Shown here piece by piece: positions 8,194 through 16,680 of a DNA stretch of 32,000 nt. The translations under genes were made by a program, and so were the position numbers. The DNA comes from Cyanophage MED4-117, in the sequence record JF974321.1, one strand, 5' to 3'. Below the pieces are notes generated by a model. The model ran no database searches. It was not told where the DNA came from and saw nothing but the letters and a program-made list of their open reading frames with translations. The first letter of the stretch is position 1. Every line of letters begins with the position of its first letter.

Positions 8194-9220
8194 TAGGTCT
8201 GCTAACTACCTTTCCTACTGGTGGTTCTGTTAAATTTTCAAACCCTTGACGCTTACTTAATCCTACATAGTCAACAACAGGAACTGTGGTAGATCTACAG
8301 TTGAAATGCTGTGGTGGAGTCGGTCCCTTATTGTACTGAAACTTCCTACCATCAAGCCTTTTACAGATATTGCTAGTCTTGCTATCTAGCGTTGCTACAT
8401 ATTCATATCTTGGTGCTACCTTGCTATTTGCCGCATAAACAGATTGAGAAGCCTGATTCTGTACCTGATTAACAGAGGTTCTAACAACTGTTTTGATTTG
8501 ATGGCTTGCTAATTTTATTGCCTGCCCACCCGCTGCAATTTTTTGTCTTGTAGTGGCTACCTTATCAAACTCTAATGTACCTGCCAAACTCTTAGCAATC
8601 TTGTTAACTGATTCTCCACTAAAGACACCAGCTGTAATAGTTCTGTCTAGTAATGCCTGATTCCTTATAGCTATACCTCTAAAAGCTTTTTGAACTGTCT
8701 CGCCATTAGGCAAAGTCATCATTGCACCCTGCCTTGCTGTTAGCTCAAACTTACCCGACCCAAACTTAATAAAATCATCTTCAGTAAATTGCTTGCTGGT
8801 AAATATATTTACTTTTGTAGGATCTGTTTTAACAAAGGAAGTTGCATACCTTTGGTTAACTGCAACTGAGTTTATTGGGATACCGCCAGACTTTACTGCT
8901 TTTTGTAGTTCACCCTCTATAAAACCTGTCTGTATCTTTGCTAATCCTTCCATTTCTTTTATCATTTGCTTTGTTGCGTCTTTATTCCATCTGTCCATAC
9001 TTGCTTTTGATTGTGCAAGTATTGCTCTTAATCTTTTTCTTGTTTGCGGTGCAACTGCTATATCTACCCCTGCTTTTCTCTGTCTTTTGTCTAGTTCAAC
9101 TAGCTTCTGAGTAGTTGTATAAATAATTTGAATATAGTTTTCTACAAATTTATTAGCTACTGCATTGCTATATCTATTTAGGTCAATAGTCTCCCTAAAA
9201 AATACCTCTGGAATGCTCAT
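8153..9220 (-). CDS. MuF-like minor head/head morphogenesis protein
   Basis: 355 aa. The C-terminus 'ATLDSKTSNICKRLDGRKFQYNKGPTPPQHFNCRSTTVPV' is the classic MuF signature, and it lies next to the portal gene. Confidence 0.8.
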   Translation of the reverse strand: MSIPEVFFRETIDLNRYSNAVANKFVENYIQIIYTTTQKLVELDKRQRKAGVDIAVAPQTRKRLRAILAQSKASMDRWNKDATKQMIKEMEGLAKIQTGFIEGELQKAVKSGGIPINSVAVNQRYATSFVKTDPTKVNIFTSKQFTEDDFIKFGSGKFELTARQGAMMTLPNGETVQKAFRGIAIRNQALLDRTITAGVFSGESVNKIAKSLAGTLEFDKVATTRQKIAAGGQAIKLASHQIKTVVRTSVNQVQNQASQSVYAANSKVAPRYEYVATLDSKTSNICKRLDGRKFQYNKGPTPPQHFNCRSTTVPVVDYVGLSKRQGFENLTEPPVGKVVSRPSATGRVPQGTQVW

Positions 9221-9223
9221 TTA

Positions 9224-10657
9224 TCATTCTTCCTCTGGTGCCTCCTCTTCTTCATCTTCAGGCTCTGGATCAGGCTCTTCAGGTGGTTCTGACTCTGTTA
9301 AGCCACCGCTTTGTGTGCCTTCAATCTCTTCCTCTACGTCAAAGTCATCTCCTAAGACCTCCCCAGCAGATAATTGGTTCAATAGAGTTTCTTGTGTAAT
9401 AGTTCCAGCAGTAAACAAAGTTAGTAGGCTGGTTATTTCCTGTGGCTGTAATCTTGCAGAAACAAAGTCTCTATTAACAAAGGAGCTACCCGCATTGGCT
9501 TCATTCAAATATTCGCTGTGAAATCTTAAGCAGTTATCTATTAAGTCTTGCATCTGCTGCGCTATTACCATCATAGTGGAGTCATTCTGTGATCTATCGA
9601 TTTGCTTGGCCTCTGCTGATTCTCCTACTAACTTCTGACCTAGTACAGCTGCTAGTGATAGTGTGTTTATTTGGTCTTTAATATCTGCAAGTCTTTGAAA
9701 CTGGCTATCATAACTGTCTCCAGATGGGCTAATATATTCCATTCTTGACTCTGGTGGTAAAGATAGTGCCTCACTGGGTCCAGTAGTTATCTCATCAGCA
9801 TTGGGATAACCAAAGACAGCAAGTAATGGCACAGAACTGATGTGTAGAATATTATCTAGGTCAGATTGTATTTGATAGTGCTTAAGGTTTAGTTCTGCAA
9901 TGTCATATAGTGGGCTGCGGCTTTCGTAATAACCAACTCGGTTAGAATATGCAATAGCAAAGGGAATCTTATCCTTTAGACTCATTTCACCTTCATCAAA
10001 CAATCTGTATTCATTTTTCTTATCGTCTTTCCTGTGAATTTCGTATCTACCTCTTTCTAATACTCTAATCTGCTTAATAATCTTATCTCCGTACTTTCCG
10101 TCAGGCTCTACTACTTGCTCCATTAGTCTTAGCTGAGTCAACTGCCTAGAACCTTCTACAATCTCAGACCGCCAGCCCAATATATCCTTTGGTGTATAAG
10201 TAACCCAATATGGCCTAGTCTTATCCCCTTCTTTAGGTGCATCTACTAAAACACCTACATGACCAAAGCTAATAGCTTGCCTTGCAGTCTGGTATAGCCA
10301 TACATTAAGATCGTTACCCTCTAAATCTACATCGAATAGTTGCTCTCTTACTAGGTCTGATACATCATCTAGTCTTACAGGCTTTCTAACCAGCATACCT
10401 GAAAGCATTTTCTCTATACGCTGCAAATATGGTACTACTGTTGATCTGCTCAGTCTAACGTCATAACTATCGTCAGTCTCTCTAGCTTCCTGTGGTAAAT
10501 ATTTCCTGTGTTCACTTCTGATCTTATATGTACCTTCTTTAAGGTCTGTAATCAAGTCCCAAAATTGAGCCATTCTTTGATAGGCTGCATTAGGGCTGGC
10601 GACTGTTGTAGCAGCTTGTGTTATGGGCTGATTGTAAATATTTAGTGAGCTATACAC
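9224..10657 (-). CDS. Portal protein (DUF4055-like)
   Basis: 477 aa. 'MAQFWDLITDLKEGTYKIRSEHRKYLPQEARE...YDVRLSRSTVVPYLQRIEKMLSGMLVRKPV', located between terminase and MuF. Confidence 0.75.
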   Translation of the reverse strand: MYSSLNIYNQPITQAATTVASPNAAYQRMAQFWDLITDLKEGTYKIRSEHRKYLPQEARETDDSYDVRLSRSTVVPYLQRIEKMLSGMLVRKPVRLDDVSDLVREQLFDVDLEGNDLNVWLYQTARQAISFGHVGVLVDAPKEGDKTRPYWVTYTPKDILGWRSEIVEGSRQLTQLRLMEQVVEPDGKYGDKIIKQIRVLERGRYEIHRKDDKKNEYRLFDEGEMSLKDKIPFAIAYSNRVGYYESRSPLYDIAELNLKHYQIQSDLDNILHISSVPLLAVFGYPNADEITTGPSEALSLPPESRMEYISPSGDSYDSQFQRLADIKDQINTLSLAAVLGQKLVGESAEAKQIDRSQNDSTMMVIAQQMQDLIDNCLRFHSEYLNEANAGSSFVNRDFVSARLQPQEITSLLTLFTAGTITQETLLNQLSAGEVLGDDFDVEEEIEGTQSGGLTESEPPEEPDPEPEDEEEEAPEEE

Positions 10658-10683
10658 AGTTTTGCCTCAATAGTACCATGTTC

Positions 10684-12027
10684 TTAATATATTCTAATGC
10701 CTGTAGGTTTGCCCGCACGTGCAAATAATGGATTGAACTCTCTCCAAACCAAATACCCTAGAGCATCATTCATGTGGTCGTAGCCAGCGTCCTTATCTGG
10801 TTCTCCTTTATCTGTATAACTCTGTAACTCTAAACATTCAATCATACGTCTGCAACTGGCATTGATCTGTAGACGTACTTGCCCTTTTCCGTTGCATAAC
10901 AAACCCTGTACGGCAGAGACTCTATCTCTGATTGCTGGATTGCTTTTGGCCGAGAGATTAGTGAAACCATAGGATTCAAGAATCTGTATGTCTGTTTTTG
11001 CTGCATTAGTACTACGATTGCCGCCTGAAGCATCAGGGTAGACGTAAATCTTATTAGAAGGATACCTACGCTGTATTTCTTGAGCAAGTGCGTCTGTATC
11101 ATGTGCTGCCACAATCTCATCAATTATTAACAATTTTTCTCCTAATTTAATCCCTATAACCGCGCTCATATTTCCAATATTGAAGTCTACACCTATTCTT
11201 AATGGCTCCATTTGAATACTTGGAATAGTATCGACAATATTATCTTCTCTTACGAATCTGTCATATACCTGTCCAGTTGTTAGGTTAGTAAACTCTCCGT
11301 TGAGGTAAGCCTGCAACATACTAGGGTCGTAGTTTGCTTGCATTCTTTCTATAAAATCCTCTGGTAAGTGTGGGTTATCTTGTGTTCTCATTCTTATAAG
11401 CTTTCGGTCTGATCTCTCCTGTGCTGCCTCTGATCCAAAGGTATTCCACATCCATCTAAAACCCTCTGGTGTACTTGCTGCGCAAAACTGCCTGACATTA
11501 CCAGACCTTAATCTACCTAGAATCTTTGGAAATGCCCTATCACAAACAGATGGTGCAACTGTATCTATTTCGTCTGCCAATACGAAAGCCAAATTTAGAC
11601 CGATTATCCTAGACCAGTTTTCAAAACTTCTACATAGTATCTTTGTATCTCCGTCTGGTAGATGCAATATGTACTCTGGTAATGGACTAGCCCTGTATGA
11701 ATAAGGTATTTCATAATGTTCCAAAAACTGCTCGAAATCATTTTGCCAGATGTCTCGAATCAATGAACCAGTAGGCTCCATTACTGCGCCTGTAAATCCT
11801 ACGTTAAGTGCCGCTAGTTTTACACATACTGCACAAAGCGCTCTAGTTTTCCCTGCACCATAACCAGCTGATAAGCCTAGTATCTCAGTACTACTGTTAT
11901 CAAAAAACTCTCTTTGTGGTTCGTGAAGATCATTTCTAATATTTGCTAATAATTGTTTAATATCAATCGAAACTCCGCTAGTGCCTGCAATATCTAATAC
12001 TGATCCTTCTCTGGTTAAGATGCTCAT
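10684..12027 (-). CDS. Terminase large subunit
   Basis: 447 aa. Walker A-like 'GLSAGYGAGKTRALC', 'NLAFVLADEIDTV' Walker B-like, nuclease-region 'MRIGVDFNIGNMSAVIG' and 'DAGYDHMNDALGYLVWREF'. Confidence 0.85.
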   Translation of the reverse strand: MSILTREGSVLDIAGTSGVSIDIKQLLANIRNDLHEPQREFFDNSSTEILGLSAGYGAGKTRALCAVCVKLAALNVGFTGAVMEPTGSLIRDIWQNDFEQFLEHYEIPYSYRASPLPEYILHLPDGDTKILCRSFENWSRIIGLNLAFVLADEIDTVAPSVCDRAFPKILGRLRSGNVRQFCAASTPEGFRWMWNTFGSEAAQERSDRKLIRMRTQDNPHLPEDFIERMQANYDPSMLQAYLNGEFTNLTTGQVYDRFVREDNIVDTIPSIQMEPLRIGVDFNIGNMSAVIGIKLGEKLLIIDEIVAAHDTDALAQEIQRRYPSNKIYVYPDASGGNRSTNAAKTDIQILESYGFTNLSAKSNPAIRDRVSAVQGLLCNGKGQVRLQINASCRRMIECLELQSYTDKGEPDKDAGYDHMNDALGYLVWREFNPLFARAGKPTGIRIY

Positions 12028-12347
12028 GTTGTGATCTGTGCAATCTTAGCCATTGAGTTAATACAGCCTAAAGCTACGTTTAATTGATTGCTGTTTCTGG
12101 CCTCTTTTTGTAGGGTAGAAAGCTGGCTTAAAATGTCCGCGGTAAATTGCCTTCTGTCAATGTCAAAATCTTTCTTGAGAATGATACGGGCGTCTTGGAT
12201 ATACTGCTCTGTTTGTCTTAGCTTCAGTCCCCACTCAGCCGCGGTATATTTTATGATTTCTGAGCGCGTTACACCACGTGCAAGAAATGCAGCAATTTTA
12301 AAAGTTCTATAATCTTTTTCTGATTGTGTAGCCTTCTTTTTTTTCAC
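12024..12347 (-). CDS. Probable terminase small subunit
   Basis: 107 aa helical protein immediately upstream of TerL with a 4-nt overlap. Confidence 0.55.
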   Translation of the reverse strand: MKKKKATQSEKDYRTFKIAAFLARGVTRSEIIKYTAAEWGLKLRQTEQYIQDARIILKKDFDIDRRQFTADILSQLSTLQKEARNSNQLNVALGCINSMAKIAQITT

Positions 12348-13132
12348 TATTTTTCTAGATTGTGAAAGGAATCAAGCGCGTACCAAACGTGAGAGTTTCG
12401 ATACCCTGCCTGATGTGTTGGGATAATCGGTGTAACTCCATGCCTATTACGCCAAGCTGGATATACCAATAATGAATTATCGGTTTGGTCAAACGTGGCA
12501 TTGTAATCAGGAACGTGTAAGTTACCTCCCTTACTGTTACGCCTTTTGGTAATAATCATATTTATAGCACCTTTTACATTGGCGTGGTCTTGGTGAACTG
12601 GTGCGGATATGTTGCAATTAGAGATAGTAGAACTGAAATTATTAGCGAAACGCCAGTTATCAGGTATTCTTTGCTTTATTTTAAATAAATGATTTTCAGC
12701 GACTGTTGGAATATATTTTTTTACTATTTCAAAAGATTTAATACCAGCTGCATACATAGCTTTAACAAAAGTATTGGCAGACTTAACTGAATGTACAGAT
12801 GATCTAGAAGCGTATGGCCTTCTCATGTGTGGTTTAGGTGGACATGAACCTAAGATAGTTGAATATTGCAATACTTCAGCTTTTTTATTGTGTAACCCAC
12901 TAGACCTTTTCATTTCTGATTTAGGTACGCGCTTCGTATGTATTTCTCTGTCAGCTATATTCACAAGGTTCTGTAAATCGTCTGGCAAAGTTTTTATAAA
13001 CAAACCCACAGGAGTACCATCAGGGTCTATTAGAATGCAATCTTCAAAAATATTAGGCTCAAAACCGCCTACACTATCTCCAATCTTCAAAGGAGAAGTT
13101 ACAGGCTTCAGGATTAATTCAGGTAGTTTCAT
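12347..13132 (-). CDS. 2OG-Fe(II) dioxygenase, TET/JBP-like
   Basis: 261 aa with 'NNFSSTISNCNISAPVHQDHANVKGAINMIITKRRNSKGGNLHVPDYNATFDQTDNSLLVYPAWRNRHGVTPI': an HxD motif, a GG-L-VP element, a distal His about 50 residues on and a later Arg, matching the TET/JBP double-stranded beta-helix core pattern. Confidence 0.7.
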   Translation of the reverse strand: MKLPELILKPVTSPLKIGDSVGGFEPNIFEDCILIDPDGTPVGLFIKTLPDDLQNLVNIADREIHTKRVPKSEMKRSSGLHNKKAEVLQYSTILGSCPPKPHMRRPYASRSSVHSVKSANTFVKAMYAAGIKSFEIVKKYIPTVAENHLFKIKQRIPDNWRFANNFSSTISNCNISAPVHQDHANVKGAINMIITKRRNSKGGNLHVPDYNATFDQTDNSLLVYPAWRNRHGVTPIIPTHQAGYRNSHVWYALDSFHNLEK

Positions 13133-13830
13133 CTCCTAAAACAATAAACCATAATGCATGGCGGAAACCAGCTTTCACCCCACATATTTATATCTCTCTC
13201 CTCATAGTGGATTGTTTTATATGGCGCTTCAACTTTGTACTTTAGCTTTTGCTTTTCTATAACTTTCCAAATTTTTGGCAACATTGGGTCAATATCAAAG
13301 CTCCATTCATAAACCAGTTTATTGAAGTCGCTTTTTGTATGGGTAAGTATTGGTATCTCAGCCCCTTCTATATCCATCTTGCAGTTATCAGCTAGTACAG
13401 CTTGCTCATCAAAATTAAGACAAGGTACTTTTATAGCTTTATTACTCTTCTTTTTCATTATGGTATTGCGCCATACATTACCATTTTGAGCTATGGATAG
13501 AGTTGTATCTTTTCTAAAATCATGCACTAAAGCAGCTTGTTTAACTGTTATGGCATTTTGAAAGCCATTAAGTTTTGCATTTTTTTCGATTAATTCACAA
13601 TTAAAAGGGTCAGGCTCATAAGTTATTACAGATGCACCTTTAGAAGCTGCTAGTAAGGAAAAAGCACCAACATTACCGCCACAATCTAACCAGCTTTCAT
13701 TATTAAGAACTTCCATACCTTTCTTTAGGTAGGATTGATTAGATAAAACCTCTATGAAAGTCTTAATGTCGGAATAGCCTTCTCTGTAGAAGAACTGAAC
13801 TCCGTTTAAAGAAGTTTTGGTTAACTTCAT
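13129..13830 (-). CDS. FkbM-family SAM-dependent methyltransferase
   Basis: 233 aa. Motif I 'WLDCGGNVGAFSLLAASKGASVITYEPDP' and the FkbM-type 'CKMDIEGAEIPIL'. It overlaps the dioxygenase start by 4 nt. Confidence 0.75.
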   Translation of the reverse strand: MKLTKTSLNGVQFFYREGYSDIKTFIEVLSNQSYLKKGMEVLNNESWLDCGGNVGAFSLLAASKGASVITYEPDPFNCELIEKNAKLNGFQNAITVKQAALVHDFRKDTTLSIAQNGNVWRNTIMKKKSNKAIKVPCLNFDEQAVLADNCKMDIEGAEIPILTHTKSDFNKLVYEWSFDIDPMLPKIWKVIEKQKLKYKVEAPYKTIHYEERDINMWGESWFPPCIMVYCFRR

Positions 13831-14447
13831 TAGCTTAATGCTTTAAGCGCGTTTACTAGCTCTTGGCCTATATAGATATTTTTTTTTCTTGCTTCTGCTA
13901 CTACTTCTTTTGCTTCTTCATAATCTTCTGGTCTAAATTCTATCTGTATTGCTTTCATTACATCATTAGCCAGTTCACTGGTAGGGTCGTCAAAATCTTC
14001 CAGAGATCCATAATCTGGATCATCAGCAAAGGTAGGTATATCATCGCCCCAGCCTAAAACAGATAAATCAAATCCATTTTCCATAAGCGCTTCTAGTTCA
14101 TGCTTCAAAATGTCATCGTCCCAACTAGAGTTTAAAGCCAGCTGATTATCTGCAATTATGTAAGCTTTACGCTGATCTGGTGTTAGATGGGAAAGCGTAA
14201 TAGTAGGAACTGTCTCTAATCCTATTTTTTTTGCAGCTGCAATACGACCATGTCCACAAACAACATTACCCATGTCATCAATAAGTACAGGATTAGTAAA
14301 CCCAAACTCTTGAAGTGAGATTGCTAATCTTTCTATTTGAACATCACTGTGTACTCTAGGATTATTTTTGTAAAGGGTTAAATCTATTATTCTTGATTGC
14401 TTTATATCCTCTGGTGAGAATATCGGTAAGTCTGGTGTTGTAGTCAT
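13830..14447 (-). CDS. ParB/Srx-like nuclease-domain protein of the DNA-modification-associated type
   Basis: 'IDLTLYKNNPRVHSDVQIERLAISLQEFGFTNPVLIDDMGNVVCGHGRIAAAKKIGLETVPTITLSHLTPDQRKAYIIADNQLALNSSWDDDIL'. The likely start is the internal ATG at 14447 (track ORF begins at 14471). Confidence 0.8.
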   Translation of the reverse strand: MTTTPDLPIFSPEDIKQSRIIDLTLYKNNPRVHSDVQIERLAISLQEFGFTNPVLIDDMGNVVCGHGRIAAAKKIGLETVPTITLSHLTPDQRKAYIIADNQLALNSSWDDDILKHELEALMENGFDLSVLGWGDDIPTFADDPDYGSLEDFDDPTSELANDVMKAIQIEFRPEDYEEAKEVVAEARKKNIYIGQELVNALKALS

Positions 14448-14599
14448 AGCGAGATTGGTAACTGTCCACACTTTAGCTCTTTTTTAGACAGGTACACTTC
14501 TTTAGGTTTTGGCTGTAACCATAGCCGCTTTCCGTTTAGGATTCTATAGTTGCATTTTTGCAAAGGGTCATAGACGAGGTAATCTTTAGGTTTTTTCAA
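14444..14599 (-). CDS. Small hypothetical protein with TTG start (51 aa), not in the ORF track
   Basis: TTG AAA AAA CCT... reads (M)KKPKDYLVYDPLQKCNYRILNGKRLWLQPKPKEVYLSKKELKCGQLPISL*. The stop overlaps the likely ParB-like start (ATGA). Confidence 0.4.
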   Translation of the reverse strand: MKKPKDYLVYDPLQKCNYRILNGKRLWLQPKPKEVYLSKKELKCGQLPISL

Positions 14600-14661
14600 G
14601 GGTACAAACGTATAGGGATAAATTTACAAAAGGCTCTGAGTGCAATCTGGAAGGAGTAAAA

Positions 14662-15135
14662 TCAGCTATCTAAGGATTTAATAGTAAAATTTGCTAATTG
14701 ATCTTTAACTTGCTGCATTTCTGCGGGTAATTCTGTTTTTTTGTTTTTTAGGTTTTTTTGGATAAGTCGACTCATTAGTGTGGCTGTCTCTTTCCAAGCT
14801 TTTTTTCTTATATTATGTAACTCTCTAATTATATCTTTATCTACATCAATACCTACGTTATTTCTTATATTACCATCACCATTTCTAAAACCATGTGCAA
14901 CTAATTGCGCCTCATCATTATATTTAGGGTAGACGGCTTCGCAATAACAAATAATGGCTAGATCACTGCCTGCTACTCTCTTTCCAGACTCTGTAATATC
15001 ATAATCTGGTAGGTAATTGTTAATTAATCCATCTGAATTATTAACTATTCCAGTATCATTGCAAGCGTAGCAGTTGTGTACTGGTGGTCTGAAAGTAATA
15101 TCTCGATCTATTGCAGATCTTTTATAGTTTTGCAT
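14662..15135 (-). CDS. Hypothetical protein with paired cysteines
   Basis: 157 aa with 'CYACNDTG...' and 'IICYCEAVYP', a possible zinc-binding arrangement. Confidence 0.45.
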   Translation of the reverse strand: MQNYKRSAIDRDITFRPPVHNCYACNDTGIVNNSDGLINNYLPDYDITESGKRVAGSDLAIICYCEAVYPKYNDEAQLVAHGFRNGDGNIRNNVGIDVDKDIIRELHNIRKKAWKETATLMSRLIQKNLKNKKTELPAEMQQVKDQLANFTIKSLDS

Positions 15136-15140
15136 GGGTT

Positions 15141-15434
15141 TTAAAAGGGTTGGTCACTTGCTTTATTTGCAAGTATAGGATTCAATCTTGACTTAGTTTG
15201 GCGCTTGCGCAACTCTAAAAACTGCTCATATTGTCCTTTGCTAATCCATCTGTGACAATCTGGGAATTGTGGTACCCATTCAGCCTTCCTAATTTTTTTT
15301 ATTCTTGCATCAATATCTGCTTGTAAACAATCTGGTAATTTTTCTTTTGTTTCTTTATCTAATTTTTGCCAAGCTTCAAATGCTGGTTTCTTCGATTGGC
15401 TTACACATTTATCACAGTTCATTTCAGTGTACAT
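15141..15434 (-). CDS. Hypothetical protein
   Basis: 97 aa with 'CDKCVSQSKKPAFEAWQKL'. Overlaps the next ORF. Confidence 0.4.
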   Translation of the reverse strand: MYTEMNCDKCVSQSKKPAFEAWQKLDKETKEKLPDCLQADIDARIKKIRKAEWVPQFPDCHRWISKGQYEQFLELRKRQTKSRLNPILANKASDQPF

Positions 15435-15909
15435 TTTCCAGAAATTTTCTAAAATCTTTTGTATATTGATTCTTTTTAGTTTTTTGTTTTAGTTTAACTT
15501 GTTTTAGTTTAAGTTCATCTGGTGAACCACCCCTAGTTGTTGAGATACACCGCCCTAGTTCATCTGGTGTACTGGTTGCTGAGATAGACCTCGGTTCACT
15601 ACTGGTTTGTGAGGGTGCTGGAACTCTACATTCGTGCCAAACTGTAACTTTATAGGCATTAGTTTTTTTACCATTTTCATCAACTCTGTTTATTTTTTGT
15701 AACCAGCCAAGAGAAACTAATTGTTCAACAGTGTGAATTACCTTAGTTCGACACATACCCGCGTCTTTAGAAATAGTGCTATAACTAGGCCAGATATTCG
15801 GGTAGTAGCTTTGCAGTACCCATAACACCGCCAACTGGTGTGGGCTGATCCTTCCTTTCAAGGCAGTAGGCAAAGATACGAAAGGAGTATTTTCTGGTAT
15901 GAAACTCAT
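15424..15909 (-). CDS. Winged-helix/HTH DNA-binding protein, possibly replication-related
   Basis: 161 aa. 'LPTALKGRISPHQLAVLWVLQSYYPNIWPSYSTISKDAGMCRTKVIHTVEQLVSLGWLQKINR' is a typical phage HTH_36-like N-terminal domain. Confidence 0.6.
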   Translation of the reverse strand: MSFIPENTPFVSLPTALKGRISPHQLAVLWVLQSYYPNIWPSYSTISKDAGMCRTKVIHTVEQLVSLGWLQKINRVDENGKKTNAYKVTVWHECRVPAPSQTSSEPRSISATSTPDELGRCISTTRGGSPDELKLKQVKLKQKTKKNQYTKDFRKFLENVH

Positions 15910-15914
15910 TTTCT

Positions 15915-16364
15915 ATGAAGTATGTAATTACTGTTGAAGGTATTGAAGCTGCACCACAGGGCAGTAAAAGGCACATTGGCCGAGGAATAATGATTGAATC
16001 ATGCAAAAGGGTAAAGTCATGGAGAGACGCTGTCAGGGTAGAAGCAAATAAAGTTGTTGGGGAGTTAATCGAAGAACCAGTACATATTGATTTAGTTTTC
16101 TGGTTTCATAGACCGAAATCTCATTTAAACGCAAAGGGAGAGCTAAAGCAATCAGCGCCTAAATATCCTACTACAAGGAACAAAGGAGATATAGATAAAC
16201 TATGTCGTAGCACATTAGATGCTCTCACATTATCAGCGATTGCTGACGATTCGCAAGTGGTAAGTTTGCAAGCCCAAAAATATTATTGTGATAAAAAATA
16301 TACCATCAAACCACATTCAATGATTACAATACAAACAATTTGTAAAGGGTCGGGGGATGAGTAA
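15915..16364 (+). CDS. rusA: RusA-like Holliday junction resolvase
   Basis: 149 aa. 'PQGSKRHIGRG', 'PTTRNKGDIDKLCRSTLDALTLSAIADDSQVVSLQAQKYY' carries the RusA acidic signature. Confidence 0.8.
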   Translation: MKYVITVEGIEAAPQGSKRHIGRGIMIESCKRVKSWRDAVRVEANKVVGELIEEPVHIDLVFWFHRPKSHLNAKGELKQSAPKYPTTRNKGDIDKLCRSTLDALTLSAIADDSQVVSLQAQKYYCDKKYTIKPHSMITIQTICKGSGDE

Positions 16365-16463
16365 GCCACCTCGCGTAGACCTCCCTGTCTTTTGTAGCTG
16401 CGTGTACTACAATTTTGCTAAACTTTCAGACCTAGCTTTGCAATAGGTCATCAGGCTCCCCGA

Positions 16464-16628
16464 CTAAAGTTTATTAAGCTCCACTTCCAAAGAGTAGCAG
16501 ACCCGCGCGATCAATCCAGCATCTAAATATTCTTTTTCTCTCTCGATTCCCTTTACACTTGGATTCTTTTTAAGAAAGTCCCTTAGAGCTGTGCCATCTT
16601 CCGCTCTGAGATACATGAAAATGTTCAT
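16464..16628 (-). CDS. Small hypothetical protein (54 aa), not in the ORF track
   Basis: Reads MNIFMYLRAEDGTALRDFLKKNPSVKGIEREKEYLDAGLIARVCYSLEVELNKL*, in line with the minus-strand early operon. Confidence 0.45.
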   Translation of the reverse strand: MNIFMYLRAEDGTALRDFLKKNPSVKGIEREKEYLDAGLIARVCYSLEVELNKL

Positions 16629-16680
16629 CTATACGTTTGGATAGCGAGAGAATGTAACTTCTTACAAGCCGATCATACAC

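Noticed and set aside
8793-9110. Plus-strand 105-aa hydrophobic ORF
   Set aside because: Lies entirely antisense to the MuF-like gene.
9165-9521. Plus-strand 118-aa Ser-rich ORF
   Set aside because: Antisense to the portal gene. The Ser/Gly run is the complement of the Glu/Pro-rich portal C-terminus.
10842-11123. Minus-strand 93-aa ORF
   Set aside because: Alternative frame inside the terminase large subunit with no domain signature.
13129-13830. Considered whether this gene is a C5-cytosine or adenine DNA methyltransferase
   Set aside because: It lacks the PC/ENV or DPPY-type catalytic motifs. Its motifs are those of FkbM-type enzymes, so direct base methylation is not supported.
16349-16464. 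Cloverleaf-like arrangement (7-bp closing stem plus two hairpins) considered as a tRNA
   Set aside because: There is no GGTTCRA-type T arm next to the closing stem, loops are 9 nt, and the length is about 116 nt. Kept only as an unassigned structure candidate.
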